From assembly GCF_036971445.1 (NCBI RefSeq), contig NC_091473.1:207080001-207144000 (forward strand): a stretch of 64,000 bases of DNA, given 5' to 3'. Positions 13,163 through 26,432 of the stretch are shown here, in pieces. This stretch comes from Narcine bancroftii (lineage: Eukaryota). The notes below the pieces were generated by a model, which had not been told where the DNA came from, did not search any database, and saw only the letters and a list, made by a program, of their open reading frames with translations. Both the position numbers and the translations under genes were made by a program. Numbering within the stretch: position 1 is the stretch's first letter; every line of letters begins with the position of its first letter.

Positions 13163-13460
13163 GTGAGTTGTTTCAAATCTCTCTGTTTTATTTTCTTTCT
13201 TTAAGAAACGTGATTAACTAGATGATAGCCATTTTTCAAGAATTGAAGGTTAATAATCATGCAGAAGCAAAACTACAAGGGCTGGGAGAAATGTAAAATA
13301 TTAATTCATCTGGAAGCCAGATAATACTGTTCCTGTTCTGCTATACTGAAGAGTGAGAACATTAGGAACCTTATAGAAAATCATTGGATCTATTTTCGAA
13401 TGTGAAACTTGAAATCAGAATTAGGGCATAAGGTTCCTTGTTCTGACCTGTCGCACAGTG

Positions 13461-13514
13461 TAGAGTATAACAAACTTATATATGGGTCAGGAACAAAGCT
13501 AACCACAACAGCAA
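13461..13514 (+). CDS. TRAJ: Non-canonical J-alpha ORF (EYNKLIYGSGTKLTTTA)
   Basis: RSS gttccttgt-12-cacagtg; YGSG; weak donor gttaag. Confidence 0.75.
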
Positions 13515-14199
13515 GTTAAGTGCGATCTCTCAGAACGTATGGGAGATACATAATAGTCAATGCATCAATGGTTAAGAATGTTAATAATAAAATATAAATT
13601 CTAGCCACCTCCTTTTCCCATTATGAGTATTTAACCAGTTCACGCAATATAAGTCCCAGAGTATGCCGTCAAAATATCGAAGGAAACTCGTTTTTCCTTT
13701 TGCCAGGCTTGACATTTCTGCCTGTCATCCTGTTGGGTCCGTTTCCTTATTCCATTATTGTTTTCGAGCCTTTTAGTTCGGGCCTACAGCATTCCAATTT
13801 GCAACACATTGCACGGATAAGGAATATTTTTTATTAACTACCATAGTAAATTATTTTGTGTTACCCTGCCAGAGATCGTTCATTTTCTACCACTCATCCC
13901 ACCCCAATTTATCCTGAAAAAATAACTTGAGTTCTGATGAAGGCTCAAGAAACGACATGTAAACTATTTTTCCTTGCAGAGTTTCAACTGGGCCACTCAG
14001 TGCTTCTGGCATTTTTCTATCCTTATTTCAAGCAGATTCAGCATTGATTTTCTGGGTTTTTTTCTGGACTACTTTCTTCCCTTTTCTACATTTGATCCTC
14101 TCCACTCAGGAGAAAGCAGACAGAAACATTTAATGAAAAAAAGGGTAAAGACTGCGAATAAATTAAACCATTTCTCCATTGTTAAAATCAAGCATTACA

Positions 14200-14810
14200 T
14201 ATTTGATACAGGGTACATTCGTTTCCTGAAAAGGTTCTTGAAATGTCTAATGCGGAAGCTTGTCAAAGATTTTGGTGACCGTGACAATAGAAAACATGTT
14301 ATCAAGCCCTAACAAGTGCAGAGAAGATTTACGTGAACGTTGCAAAGACTTGGGGAACTGATCTTTATGGAGAGGTTGACCAGGCAAGGGCTGTATTTTT
14401 TGGTGTGCAGGAGAATGTGAGGTGAACCCCCCCCCACCCCCGGCCATATGGATGTATAAAAACTTAGAAGAGTAGATTAAGTGAACATACAGAGTATTTT
14501 GTCCACAGCAGGGGAAATCAGTAACCAAAGGGTATAGATTTAAGGTGAGGGTGGAGATTTAACAGAAAACTGCGGGTTAACTTTTACAAAGAGGTTATGG
14601 GTGTATGAAATGTCTGTCAGAGGAGGCGGTTGATCCAGGAACTATTGCAATGTTTAGGGAGCAAATGGAAATATTCATGGATAGGGTGGGTTCAAAGGAC
14701 GTGGGAGAAATACAAGCAGGTAGGATTAAAATAGGTGGGATATTTTAATCTATGTGGGCATATTCGGCCGAAGGGCCTGTTTCCAAGCTGTATGAGTCGA
14801 TGACTCTACA
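14200..14810 (+). mobile_element. CR1 LINE 3' fragment
   Basis: gtgcagagaagattt...gggcctgtttcc...tgactcta tail. Confidence 0.7.
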
Positions 14811-14963
14811 AATTAAACGTACAAGATTTACAAATTAATGTTCGAATACACAATATTTACACAAGGAATATTTGGCCACAAAATGCACTTCTTTGGAGAA
14901 AATTAAATAAACCAATATTTTTGCCTAATAATATTCGTTTTTGTAGAGGGCCCAGGCACTGTG

Positions 14964-15020
14964 TGAATGCTGCAAACGAATTAGTATTTGGAAGTGGAAC
15001 GAGAATAATCATTGTACCTC
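14964..15020 (+). CDS. TRAJ: TCR alpha J segment (NAANELVFGSGTRIIIVP)
   Basis: RSS cgtttttgt-12-cactgtg; FGSG; gtaagc. Confidence 0.95.
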
Positions 15021-15573
15021 GTAAGCCTTCAAATTTACTGTATGATGTATCTACAAATGGTTTAAACGATTGATACCTAATTAATTGTAGGTTTTAACAA
15101 GATTGAATATGGGCAGTCGACGAAGCACGGTTTCCACCTGAAAGGCCGACTGCCTGTTTCTTTCCACAGATGCTGTCTGATCCATCGAGTTCCTACAGAA
15201 GTTTTCTTTTGTTCGAGCTACCACCATCTGTAGCTTCCTGGATTTCCATAAATGCAAAGGGAAATCTGTGATGGAATGAAATTAAATGGAAAAACAATAG
15301 ATTGATTTGCTTTGGATAGACAAAGGATTTGGATACGTATTAGTACTGAATATTATTTTGTTAAAAGATGTGACAACGTTTATTATGATGCATAAATCTG
15401 TCTAAAGCTTTGGAGGGCAATTCTGAAATAAAATACCATCCTTAGTTATGAAATAGAAATGACGATCATTAGCATTATGAGTCAATGTGAACGATGGAAT
15501 TGTATTTTTCCCAAAGATTAATCAGACATTTGATTGGCCGGAGAGCATTTATGTAGGACGGTCGGGCACTGTG

Positions 15574-15636
15574 TGAATATTGGAGGCAATAGTCCATTAA
15601 TATTTGGAAGAGGAACTTTAGTAATTGTAGAACCCA
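15574..15636 (+). CDS. TRAJ: TCR alpha J segment (NIGGNSPLIFGRGTLVIVEP)
   Basis: RSS catttatgt-12-cactgtg; FGRG; gtaagt. Confidence 0.95.
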
Positions 15637-16085
15637 GTAAGTGTGTTTTAAACGTTACCATTTTGTAAAAAGTGATGTTTTCTATTGTTGATTACCAGTT
15701 TTAATCTTTATCCTTTAAAATGACAAGGACAAATTGGCTATCTTCCTAATAGAAATTCGTGGAAAAGCCACTTCATAAGCAGTTATGCAATGGAGATGGT
15801 TTTACATGGTTGTCAATAACAGCCAGCAGAAAAAGTTCAATTGATATGCAGACGAACCAGCAGATATGTAAACTGCTAAGTGTACAGAAAGATAGATGCA
15901 TCGATAGAAAAGGGGAAAAGAGACAGAAAAGCAATAAAACAGCCAGGTGACGTAGATAGATTCACAGAGAAATGGAGAGAGATAAGAAGAGTGGGAAGAT
16001 GATTATTCCACATAAAATAAGTCACTCTTAGTAATTTTACATGCTGAGGTATACCACTAGACTAAGAAATCCTTAATAAGATCAG

Positions 16086-16311
16086 NNNNNNNNNNNNNNN
16101 NNNNNNNNNNNNNNNNNNNNNNNNNNNNNNNNNNNNNNNNNNNNNNNNNNNNNNNNNNNNNNNNNNNNNNNNNNNNNNNNNNNNNNNNNNNNNNNNNNNN
16201 NNNNNNNNNNNNNNNNNNNNNNNNNNNNNNNNNNNNNNNNNNNNNNNNNNNNNNNNNNNNNNNNNNNNNNNNNNNNNNNNNNNNNNNNNNNNNNNNNNNN
16301 NNNNNNNNNNN
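16086..16311. other. Assembly gap (further gaps at 40840-41059, 42714-42846, 45226-45412)
   Basis: N runs; the 40.8 kb and 42.7 kb gaps are flanked by GATA/TATC repeats. Additional J segments could be hidden in them. Confidence 1.
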
Positions 16312-16638
16312 CAATGGAAGAAACAGGCTAATATCAAGATATTGAACCAAATTCACGGTACAGCTCAGTGAGTCATGATATTCTCTCTCAGCTTCCACAA
16401 TTTTCAATGGTTGATGCAGTAGTGTGAAGCATTTGAAACCCGTGCTTATATTTTGAAGTATATAATTGATTGATATAGCCAGTAATAATTTTAATAAATT
16501 GTAGCTCAAATCTAAACATTCGTGCAAACTCTCAAAATTGGTGAAGGTTATTTTATCTTTTGAAATAAAATATGCAATAACAGTAGTGCAGCGAGAGGTC
16601 AACTAAACTGAGTTCTTGTGAGGCATTCACATGCTGTG

Positions 16639-16701
16639 TGAATTCTGGAGGGATCAACAAGATAGTATTTGGAAGCGGCACCAGGCTAATTGTTAATCCT
16701 G
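16639..16701 (+). CDS. TRAJ: TCR alpha J segment (NSGGINKIVFGSGTRLIVNP)
   Basis: RSS agttcttgt-12-tgctgtg; FGSG; gtaaga. Confidence 0.95.
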
Positions 16702-17485
16702 GTAAGACATCAATATTCGTATATCGTTTCACGCAGATTCCATAATACGATTAACATAGCATGCAGTGGGTATTGGACGTCAAGGAATTTCAGCAATATA
16801 TTTGTCATATGATACATAGTTAGCACGAATACGTAAAAGTAATTTAATCTACATTGATCTGATTCATGAGCGAAAACTTGAATAATTAATATGTATAACT
16901 AAGGGGCATAGATTCAGAGTAACTGGTAAAGATTGAGAAAGGATGTGAAAAGGACGGTGCACGAAGATGGTGGTTTGTCTCTGGATATCATTATCTGTTG
17001 AGATGGTGGAGATAAAGACTTCCAGAGCATTAAGTACACGAATTATCAAGACTAAAAGGATCTATGGCTCCTCGAAATAAACAGGAAAATCTGTAGATCC
17101 CAGGGTATAGTGCACAATGGAGTGATTGAGTTTAGAATTTGGACCTTATGTCACCAAAGCTCTGCTGACCATAAATTCCCAGTTTTACGCATCCTGCACA
17201 GATCACAATTATTGCCGAAACGTTGGTTACCCGTTACTTCCTATGGATGCTGTGTGACCTGCTGAATTTCTTCACCATTCAGTATATTACATTTGACCCC
17301 AGCATCTGCAAGTTTTCTCGTTTATCGGTTAATGAGAGTAGGATACGTATACATTTGTACCTGATGATCAGCATGAACGGGGTGGCCTGAAAGGTCAATT
17401 TCGGTGTTCAATGAATCTACAAATCTATAACTTAGTTGATGTGGAACCAGATAAGAATTTCTTTGAACAGAAAGGTAATTTTGTG

Positions 17486-17542
17486 TGAAGAAACTCAATG
17501 TGACAATGTTTGGATCTGGAATCAAATTAAAGTTTGAACCGA
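17486..17542 (+). pseudogene. TRAJ: J-alpha pseudogene (KKLNVTMFGSGIKLKFEP)
   Basis: Degenerate RSS tttctttga-12-ttttgtg; donor mutated to gcaagc. Confidence 0.8.
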
Positions 17543-18091
17543 GCAAGCCAAATGTAATATGTAATATGTATATGTTGTAGGAAGTCGACGTCTTGTATTT
17601 TATAAATAGCAGGTCACTGTAATTAAAAACAAAATTTTCAGAGACTGGAACTGGTTGGGTGGTGCCCTGGTAGGAGACTTCTATCCAACTTTGTGATAGG
17701 TCGGGAAAACTGCCAAATTTTAAGAGGTGTTCAACGTTTGTCCAATGTGTTAAATTGAGAATTAACAGAGTATTCAGAGGAATCTTCCTAACACAGACAA
17801 TAATTGATGGGAGGTAAATGCAGCCATATTTAATTTAATTCTTCGACATTCTGAAAGTGGGGATAATCAGGTTATTGGAGTGGAGTGGAGAAGTCCCCGG
17901 GGATGTCTTTGACAGCGTGAAATGAGACATCTTGTCAGGAAATGCTGTGAACACTCAGAAAACTGGTGGATTACATATTCCTCCCTTTAGCCTTAACATA
18001 ATTTCCCCATCTTCTACATAAGATATAGCTTCACTGAGATCGCCAATATTGGATTGGCAAGGAGTATATTGTAAGAGGTTTGAACACTGTG

Positions 18092-18151
18092 TGAATTATG
18101 AAGGCAACAGGCTAATATTCGGAAGTGGGACCAAACTGAGAGCAAGACCTC
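18092..18151 (+). CDS. TRAJ: TCR alpha J segment (NYEGNRLIFGSGTKLRARP)
   Basis: RSS gtatattgt-12-cactgtg; FGSG; gtaagt. Confidence 0.95.
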
Positions 18152-18448
18152 GTAAGTGCTGACACAATGTGTTCATAATCGATGGTTTCCATTAGTTAGT
18201 CAAAGAGAGTATAAATTATTAGAAATAGGTGCTCATATTCTCACGAGGTATTTCATTATTATGGGTCTCAACAGATGTCCCACTTTGCACCAATAATGCC
18301 CCAGATCTCAAACTAACATTCTTCTAAGTTATCAAGCAAAGCTACCAAATAATGAAACCGTTATTTTATTCCTTAAAATAAGATATTTAACAAAGGTGTA
18401 GAGAGGGATCCAGTAAATTAAGTTCTTATGAGGGGATTGCCTGCTGTG

Positions 18449-18511
18449 TGAATACTGGAAGTCTCAACATTTTAGTGTTTGGAAGAGGCACCAGACTTAA
18501 TGTTAATCTCG
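18449..18511 (+). CDS. TRAJ: TCR alpha J segment (NTGSLNILVFGRGTRLNVNL)
   Basis: RSS agttcttat-12-tgctgtg; FGRG; donor gttagt. Confidence 0.88.
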
Positions 18512-19194
18512 GTTAGTATTTAATATTCAATATTAGTTTAGTGGCAATTTTTATATTCTGGTCAACATAACATGTGTGGGTTATGGACACGAAAGGTTTC
18601 ATCTGTATTTTATACTCCAGAAGTAAGACAAATGCATAAAAGCAGCTCAGTCAACAGTGATCAAATGCATCTCATAAAATTGAAGATGGATATTAAAATT
18701 ATATATTTGATTATACGTTAGCACAGCTAACTGGCCAACATTTAGGCTAAGTGGACAGAAGTTTAGATGGGATCTAAGGAGGATTTAGCATTCAGGTGGC
18801 AGTTACACGTTGGTGATTCAAGTCCTCAGTAACAAAAGGATCTCTGCCTGATGATATGATCGGGACAAAAACACTCGTGGTATTAAGGTCCAAAGAGTTA
18901 TAGATCTCGGAAATAAACCAATCAGACCCCGAGTCGTGTTGACCAACAAGCACCCAATTTCACGCATCCTACACAGGTTTTATATATTCTACAACACACT
19001 TATCCCCAGGTTCTAACGGTTAGCAGCACATTCGGGGCAACTTAGGGACGCCACTTTGTTCGGCCAGGATGTTGGGGTTCGGTATACCTCAAAACATGGT
19101 GGAAGAAAATGACATGTAAATCAACATCTCGCTGAGTACATGAACAGCGAAGAGGGATATGTTATGGTCAAATTGCTACTTAATCTGATTGGAA

Positions 19195-19830
19195 TAGAGT
19201 CATAGTGTCATTCAGCGTGGAAACAGGTGCTTCGGCCAAATCTGTCCTCGTCAATTAAAAGTATTCCCACCCGCCCTAGTCCTACCTGCCTGCGTTTGAC
19301 ACATATTCCTATAAACATGTACCTGGTTAAATGTTTCTTCAAAATTGCAATAGTACCTGCCTCACCCACCTCTTCGGCAAGCTTGTTCCATGCTTTTTTT
19401 TTTTGTTAAAAGAAATGAACTCGGATCCCATTAAATCATTCTCTTTCAACTTAAACCTGTGACTTCTGTTTCTCGACTTTCCTACTCTGGGCGAAAGACT
19501 CCTGCATTCATATGATTTAATCCACTCATGATCTTTTACCCCTGCATGAGGTCATACGTCATCCTCCTGTGCTCTAGAGACTAAAGCCCTCGCCTGATCA
19601 ACCTCTCCCAATGGCTCAGAACCCCGAGCCAGGCAACATCCTCGTTGATCTTCTATTCACCTTCTCAATTTTGACATATTTCCTGCATCTTTCCGGCTAC
19701 CATCACTGAACACCATCGTGCAAATAGGGCCTCACCAAAGCCTTACACAATTGTAACATGACCCAAGTTCAATCTCAATACACTGACTGATAAAGGCCAA
19801 TGTACCAGAAATAGTTAATCACCTGATGGG
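19195..19830 (-). mobile_element. CR1 LINE 3' fragment
   Basis: Reverse-oriented CR1 3' end starting atagagtcatag. Confidence 0.7.
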
Positions 19831-19943
19831 CAGCTTGCATATGATGAAACAAATAGTCCATTGCTTTGCTGTGTGAATCTGTGGTAGTTTCACGTATGTT
19901 GTGTTGAGGATCAGGCAAGGGGATTCTGATATGCAGTACTGTG

Positions 19944-20000
19944 CAAATAAAGTCAATGCAATATTATTTGGACATTAAACAAAGCTAAAGGCAGAGACGA
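19944..20000 (+). pseudogene. TRAJ: J-alpha pseudogene (NKVNAILFGH*TKLKAET)
   Basis: Heptamer tactgtg with damaged spacer and nonamer; in-frame taa; poor donor gtcatt. Confidence 0.75.
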
Positions 20001-20528
20001 GTCATTCAGATTTATTTTGTTATGTTTCTACATTATAGGCAATCAAATGCTGTTCTGTAGATCAGTCATGGGCCGTTGTAATTGAAAACAAGTTGCATGG
20101 TTTTGGACTGTTTGAGGAAGTGGTGTGTGTGCTGATCGGTGACGTTATGCAATGTGGGTAGTTTGGGGAAAAATATCTAAACATGGAAACATATTTCAGG
20201 ATCGTTGCTATTAAAATAAAGTGGTAAAGAGTCGATTAAAAACAGCTCGGTAATTTAATTGAGAATTTAGAGAACGCATCCTCAACTGGACAATGATTTA
20301 TCAGACGTAAAAGCTGTCATATTCAATAGGATTCTTGGACATGTGTGGGATTAAGCTCGATGACATTTCTGGAGGAAAGAGTTTACGAGACAAATTAGAT
20401 TCAAATAGCAGTGAAAAGGTGGAGGAGTCCGTGGGAATATATCTCACAAGGTAGGGTCGGAGACATAACCAGAAAATGCTGGAAACATTGAGAGGTCAAC
20501 TGGAAAATAAGAAATTCCACCCCCCCCC

Positions 20529-20530
<2 letters not shown>

Positions 20531-20579
<49 letters not shown>

Positions 20580-20600
20580 ACACACACACACACACACACA
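20531..20600. repeat. (CA)n microsatellite
   Basis: Seen directly. Confidence 0.95.
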
Positions 20601-20668
20601 GGGAGAGAGAGAGAGAACTCCAATGATGTATTGGCAGGTCGTATATTGTACGAGGGTTGAGCACTGTG

Positions 20669-20728
20669 TGAATGATGTAGGCAACCGCATAATATTTGGA
20701 AGTGGGACCAGACTGATGATAAAACCCA
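20669..20728 (+). CDS. TRAJ: TCR alpha J segment (NDVGNRIIFGSGTRLMIKP)
   Basis: RSS gtatattgt-12-cactgtg; FGSG; gtaagt. Confidence 0.95.
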
Positions 20729-20924
20729 GTAAGTTCTGATATTCTTCGATTATTCCCATAGTCAGTAAGACAGTCTATGAATGGCTATAACTCTTTCTGA
20801 TGTTTGAGCGGTATTTGATTAATTTTGGGCTGCAAATAGCCTTGTGCTTTTCATGAATAGAATCTCCAACTAATCGATTCTCTTAACTTCCCAAGCAGAT
20901 AGAGTTGGGGTGTCAGCCACGGTG

Positions 20925-20987
20925 GGAATTCTGGAAGCAACAGACTCTTAATATTTGGGACAAGGACTTGAGAATTTGTCGAAACAA
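20925..20987 (+). pseudogene. TRAJ: J-alpha pseudogene (NSGSNRLLIFGTRT*EFVET)
   Basis: Heptamer cacggtg, no nonamer; in-frame tga; donor lost (acaagt). Confidence 0.8.
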
Positions 20988-21139
20988 ACAAGTGCTGACA
21001 AGGCCATTATATTTAAATATTCTAAATTACAAATAAAAGCTTACCATTAATTCTAAATACAGGCTTAACGTAAATGCGGATATCGTAAGATAAGTCATCC
21101 CCTTCTCATGAATTAGAGGACGTTGCATGTTACTTAGCA

Positions 21140-21390
21140 ATAGCGTGACATGGTTAGTGTAGAAGTTAGTGCAATGCTGCTACAGATCCAATGATCAGGA
21201 CCAGGTTTTGAATCCCACATTTTCTATAAGGAGTTTGTACATTCTCTCCGTGTCTGCATGGGTTTCTTTTGAGGGCTCCAGTTTCCTCCCGCCATTCAAA
21301 ACGTACCATGAGTTGTAGGTTAATTTGGTGTAATTGAGTATCATGGTGTCACGGCCGAAAGGGACTGTTAATATGCTGTATGTCTAAATG
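21140..21390 (+). mobile_element. tRNA-derived V-SINE (HE1-like)
   Basis: A/B-box-like head then V-domain ggagtttgtacattctctccgtgtctgcatgggtttc...gtttcctccc. Confidence 0.75.
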
Positions 21391-22019
21391 TAATTTTTTT
21401 AATTAAAGTTTTAAATAAATCTTGCATTAAATGCAGACCAATCGATTATATTTTCTTTTTTGGAATTGTTTCCGTATATTAGCTTGTTATAAATTGCCTA
21501 TCATTCAGGTGAGGTAAGATTTCAGAAAGATTTACAGGCAGATCTACACCTGACAGTCATAGAAATGAATTAGTAGATAAACAGATAATCAAAAACAAAC
21601 AGACAAGTACTTGATGAATTACATAAGAGAGACAGGTGGACAGATAGAGAGAGAGGGGGGGAGGACGAACAAAACTGAAGATATTGAAATATTAAATCAA
21701 AACTAAAAATCTTGAAAACACTCAATGTCTTGAGAAGATTTGTGTTCAATTTGGATGGTTTCCGTAGTTGATTAACGTGTGCGAATGTTCAAATACCGTA
21801 TTTATACTTTGAAGAAGTAATTATTGATTGTGCGTGCAAGTAAGCATTCGACTTTGAATGAATAATGCTCCATTTCAGAAAAATAATTGTGTTCTCCTTA
21901 TTTATGAAATAAATTTCAAAGATCAGCGGATTTATTGGTTCTTTCAAATAAGACATGCAATGGAAATAGTGCGCAGTGAAAGTTATTTTACTGAATTTTG
22001 GGAGGGGATCATTTACTGG

Positions 22020-22075
22020 TGGATTTCTGGGAGGTTTTGTCATTTCTGTTTTGGAAGCGGCACCAATCCTATTGT
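22020..22075 (+). pseudogene. TRAJ: Truncated J-alpha pseudogene (..FCFGSGTNPIV)
   Basis: Spacer gaggggatcatt shared with other J; broken heptamer; 3' end and donor replaced by a copy of 25973-26212. Confidence 0.75.
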
Positions 22076-22830
22076 CATAGGAGACCACATGACATTGGGA
22101 GGAATATGCGAGTACGTGACTCCCAACAGAAAATGTATTGGTGACATTTTCACCCATGCTTTTCACTGGGAATCAAAGTTACAGGGAGAACTCTTAGACG
22201 AATCACAATAACATAGAAAGGTGTTCACCGATAGCCTTTGAAGTGCATAAATAAATAATGTTTCTATCATTTCTTTTTTTTTTAAGAAATTTGTCAATTC
22301 AGTGCCAGAATAGGTCAGGAAACAGGCACGAAGATCTTAAAGTATCAGGGAGAATGGGAAAGGCAGGAAGTTGAAAATGGGAATATCTCAGATAAGGCAA
22401 GCTCCGAGACAAGGTCAGAACATGCTGGATATGCACAGAGGTCAGCCGTGTGACATGGTCTACCCTTTAGCCTGAGCATCCCTTCGACCTCTTTCCCAGT
22501 CTGATGAATGTTTATCAACATTGTTTTAACTGGTATTTTGAGGCGGAATAAAATCAAACAAAATCTTAGCAGTGATTTCCTTTGGGGAAAGCGGATGAAT
22601 ATGCTTTTATTATGTTATATTCGTTTGTGAAATGGGCAGGAAAACAATCCCTTATGGGGAACATTTTAAGATGGAGTTAAAGGGATTAGGTGACAGTCAA
22701 AATTATTAAAGAACATTCATAAAATGAGGCTGGATTTTAAAAAATAAATCTTAGATTTATGGGGCTACAGGTAATTGAAAGAACATTATTGAGAACATCA
22801 AATGTATTTGTAAAGGGGTTGACCACTGTG

Positions 22831-22893
22831 TGAATTCTGCAGGTAGCTGGGAGTTGATATTTGGAATTGGGACTCGACTAGTTGTCGAACCAG
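22831..22893 (+). CDS. TRAJ: TCR alpha J segment (NSAGSWELIFGIGTRLVVEP)
   Basis: RSS tgtatttgt-12-cactgtg; FGIG; gtaagt. Confidence 0.95.
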
Positions 22894-23363
22894 GTAAGTG
22901 TTTAGAAGGTCATTTTATTTTGCGAATCTTAATTTACAATGATCGCTTTTGGAAAATATAAATAAATTCTGAGATGTTATCCCCATCTACAATATGAGAG
23001 AAAATTGTATCTTCCTTTTGACTCATTCTGTATACAGCCAAATATGTTGCATTCCTATTTTTACAATGGTTGTGCCATCTTTAGTGGTGAAGAAATATCT
23101 ATCTCAAACGTTAAACAAAGGAACTGCCAGGCATAAATACTGATCGATTGACAGAGGGGGAAGGGGTCAGATGAACAAATATGTTCAGATAGAGATAGAT
23201 AGAGAAAGGAAGAAAGAGAGAGAAAAAACATAACTATTCCAATAATTTACAAAGCAAAATTGCCAACGAGATGACGATGTCATTTAACTCATTGAAAAAA
23301 TATGACCGTCATTCCAAGGGAGCGGACCTAAACGGGGTTTTCGTGAGGGGATAATTTGCTGTG

Positions 23364-23425
23364 TGAATCTGGAGGTATCGACAAATTGATGTTTGGGAGC
23401 GGCACCAACCTTATTATTAATCCTG
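23364..23425 (+). CDS. TRAJ: TCR alpha J segment (ESGGIDKLMFGSGTNLIINP)
   Basis: RSS ggttttcgt-12-tgctgtg; FGSG; gtaggt. Confidence 0.93.
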
Positions 23426-24122
23426 GTAGGTTATCAGCATTTAAAAATAGTTTTCAAACAAATTCCAAATTCTGGTCAGCATAGCATGTTGTTTTAATGG
23501 ATGCCAAAAGGTTTCCATTATAATATCGACAGATAAAATTGTGAAGTGAGGGCAACACAATCTCTATTCATGCAATTCATGAGATAACATGTATGTTGAA
23601 CATGTAATTTTTGAAAAATTCATAGCTTATTGTGCAGCGTTAGAGGTTCAGAGGAGAACTGAGAAGTAATATTCATCCAGTTAGTGGTTAGAGTCTAGAA
23701 TGCACAACTTGGTGGCTGGTGGAGATTGAGATTCTCAGTATGAAGGCCGTAAATCATTATAATTCAGCAGGTCATAGAGCAAGGAACCAGAACATGCAGC
23801 AATCAAATATCCAATTTCACTAATCCTGTGAAAATCCAATTGCTCTCCAAACATTCTTCTGTCCATACTCTGCCATTCAGATACACACTGAAGAAAATTT
23901 ACAGCTGCCAATCCTTTTACTCCAGAAAAGAGGGAGGGGGGGTTTAGTCTTCAGAAGTGGGTGGAGGCAGGCAATCTCACAACATCTGTTGTGTCTGGGG
24001 GAGCAGTTGAATCTTCAAGTCTATGGGCCATCTGCTAGTAAATAGGACTAGAATAGGCATGGAACTGATGGACAGCATGGATGTGGTAGGGTGAAGGGTC
24101 TGTTTCTGTATGATTATCTAAA

Positions 24123-24978
24123 GCAGTGGTTCTCAACCTTTTTATTTTCACTCACATGGTATGTGATTAGGTGTTCTGTGATGAGAAAGGGATTGATTAA
24201 GGTGGTATGTGGATAGAAAGAAAAAGTTTGAAAACCACTGTATTAATCGTAACTAATTGACTTATTATGTGTATGGTTCCATTACTCCCTTGCCATTGAG
24301 GGAGTGCAAATAAGATTGACTAGTTTGATACCAGGGATGGCAGGACTTACATATGAAGAAAGGCTAGATTGACTAAGCTTATACTCGCTGGAATTTAGAA
24401 GATTGAGAGGGGATTTTATAGAAACGTATAGAATTCTAAGGGAATGCACAGGTTAGATGCAGAAGGTTGTTCCAAATGTTGGGGGAAACCAAAACCAGGG
24501 GTCACAGTTTAAGGATAAGAGTGAAGTCTTTTAGGACTGAGATAAGAATGAAAATTCTCTCAGAGCGTGGTGAATCTGTGCAATTCTCTGCCACATGAAG
24601 TAGTTGAAGCCAGGTCTTCATCTATATTTAGGAGGAAGATAGATTTGGCCCCAGTGGCTAAGGGGATCAGGAGATGTGGGGAGAAAGCAGGTATTGGGTA
24701 CTGAGTAGAAGATCAGCCATGATAAAAATGAGTGGTGGTGTAAATTAGAAGGGCCAAATGGTCTACTCCTGCACCAATCATCGATTTTTCTAAATTGTCA
24801 AAGGAAATGGGCCAATTACAATTTTTCTCAATCAAAATATTTCACTAACAATTACGTCTAGAGCCGTCCTTTACCCCTCACATACCATCTTAAGTAATCC
24901 CTATAATCATAGAGTAATTATGGCGTAGGTTTACTTAAAGTGGTATGTGAATGGAAAGAAAACGTTTGGGAACCACTG
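24123..24978. mobile_element. hAT (Charlie-like) MITE interrupted by a CR1 fragment (about 24289-24795)
   Basis: TIRs cagtggttctcaa / ggaaccactg; decayed 8-bp TSD atctaaag / gtctaatg. Confidence 0.75.
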
Positions 24979-26369
24979 GTCTAATGTATTCTCATCCTTT
25001 ATTCTACCTGTGTGCGTTCCTCTGTGAATAGCCTCAATGAAGTTATGTTTAGACCTAGAATAAAGCTAAAAATTAGTTGGAAAAGTCGAATTAATGAACA
25101 GTCAAAATGCACTTTTGCAGACGAATAGCAGGTCGTTGTCATGAAAACCAAATTGTAAAGATTAAGGGGATTGTTTGTGACCTCTCTGGAGTCTTCGAGG
25201 TAAGGTTTGATATCAGGGCACATTACCCAAACTTAAAGACGCGTTCAAACCCCCAAGTTACTAAAGTAAGGTGATAAAATAGTAATTACCTCCACGGTTT
25301 GTTTTTTTTTTACCCAGTACAGGACTCAGAGGAAGCCTCCCTGAGGTACAAATGGTTTGTACAATTTATACATTTCGACATTAAATATTTTATTGGACTT
25401 TTACGGAACTGTTCGTGATGATATTATTGCAGTTAATAGGAAAGTGAGAAATCAGGGGAAAGTCGCAGGGAAGCTGTAGTAGGAATGAATGGGCACTGGT
25501 AGTGCAAGATCCAAGACATGATCATAAAATGCTGGAACTTGCTCTGTCATCCGGCGCATGGCACCATCTTCTTTTCTCCTGTGCATCCCTCCCACACCAC
25601 CCCTGAAATTTGCAGGAAACCTATATTTTCTCATTCCTTCTTTGGAATGAATTTCAACCTGACATATTATCCATTTCCTCTGACCAGCTGGACGTCCCAC
25701 AATTCCGTTTTTCCGTGGGATTTATTTATGTTCTGAAAGATATGAGGTTCCAGAGTGGGCACAAAGGGGAAGTATGCCTTATGACATAGAAGGGGTTTTG
25801 TCAGACACCCGACATTCCACCGGCTCCCAGATTAACCAACTGATATAATCTGTAACTCATTCTTCGCTTATCACCAGCAACTCCATCTCCCGCCTTCACT
25901 GGCAACAGTTTCAATCAACAACTAACCTTGCGACCCGCACATCCTTGGGATGAGGGAGGAGATGAGAACACCCATAGGAGACCACATGACATTGGGAGGA
26001 ATATGCGAGTACGTGACTCCCAACAGAAAATGTATTGGTGACATTTTCACCCATGCTTTTCACTGGGAATCAAAGTTACAGGAAGAACTCTTAGACGAAT
26101 CACAATCACATAGAAAGGTGTTCAACGATAGCCTTTGAAGTGCATAAATAAATAATGTTTCTATCATTTCTTTTCTTTTAAGAAATTTGTCAATTCAGTG
26201 CCAGAATAGATCAGAATTTGAACTGGGGTCAAGGGAATTGGATATCAGTGAAAATGATTGAACATTATAGATTGATAGATTGAAGGATTTAATTGGGATT
26301 GCGGTTCAGAACCAAATGTAGCTATTGTAAAATCCGAAAGGTGTATTTGTAAGGGTGTCGGGCACTGTG

Positions 26370-26432
26370 TGAATTCTGGGGCCAGTAGAGGATTAATATT
26401 TGGAACGGGGACTCGACTCATTATCCAACCAA
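26370..26432 (+). CDS. TRAJ: TCR alpha J segment, cassette 1 type A (NSGASRGLIFGTGTRLIIQP)
   Basis: RSS tgtatttgt-12-cactgtg; FGTG; gtaagt. Confidence 0.95.
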
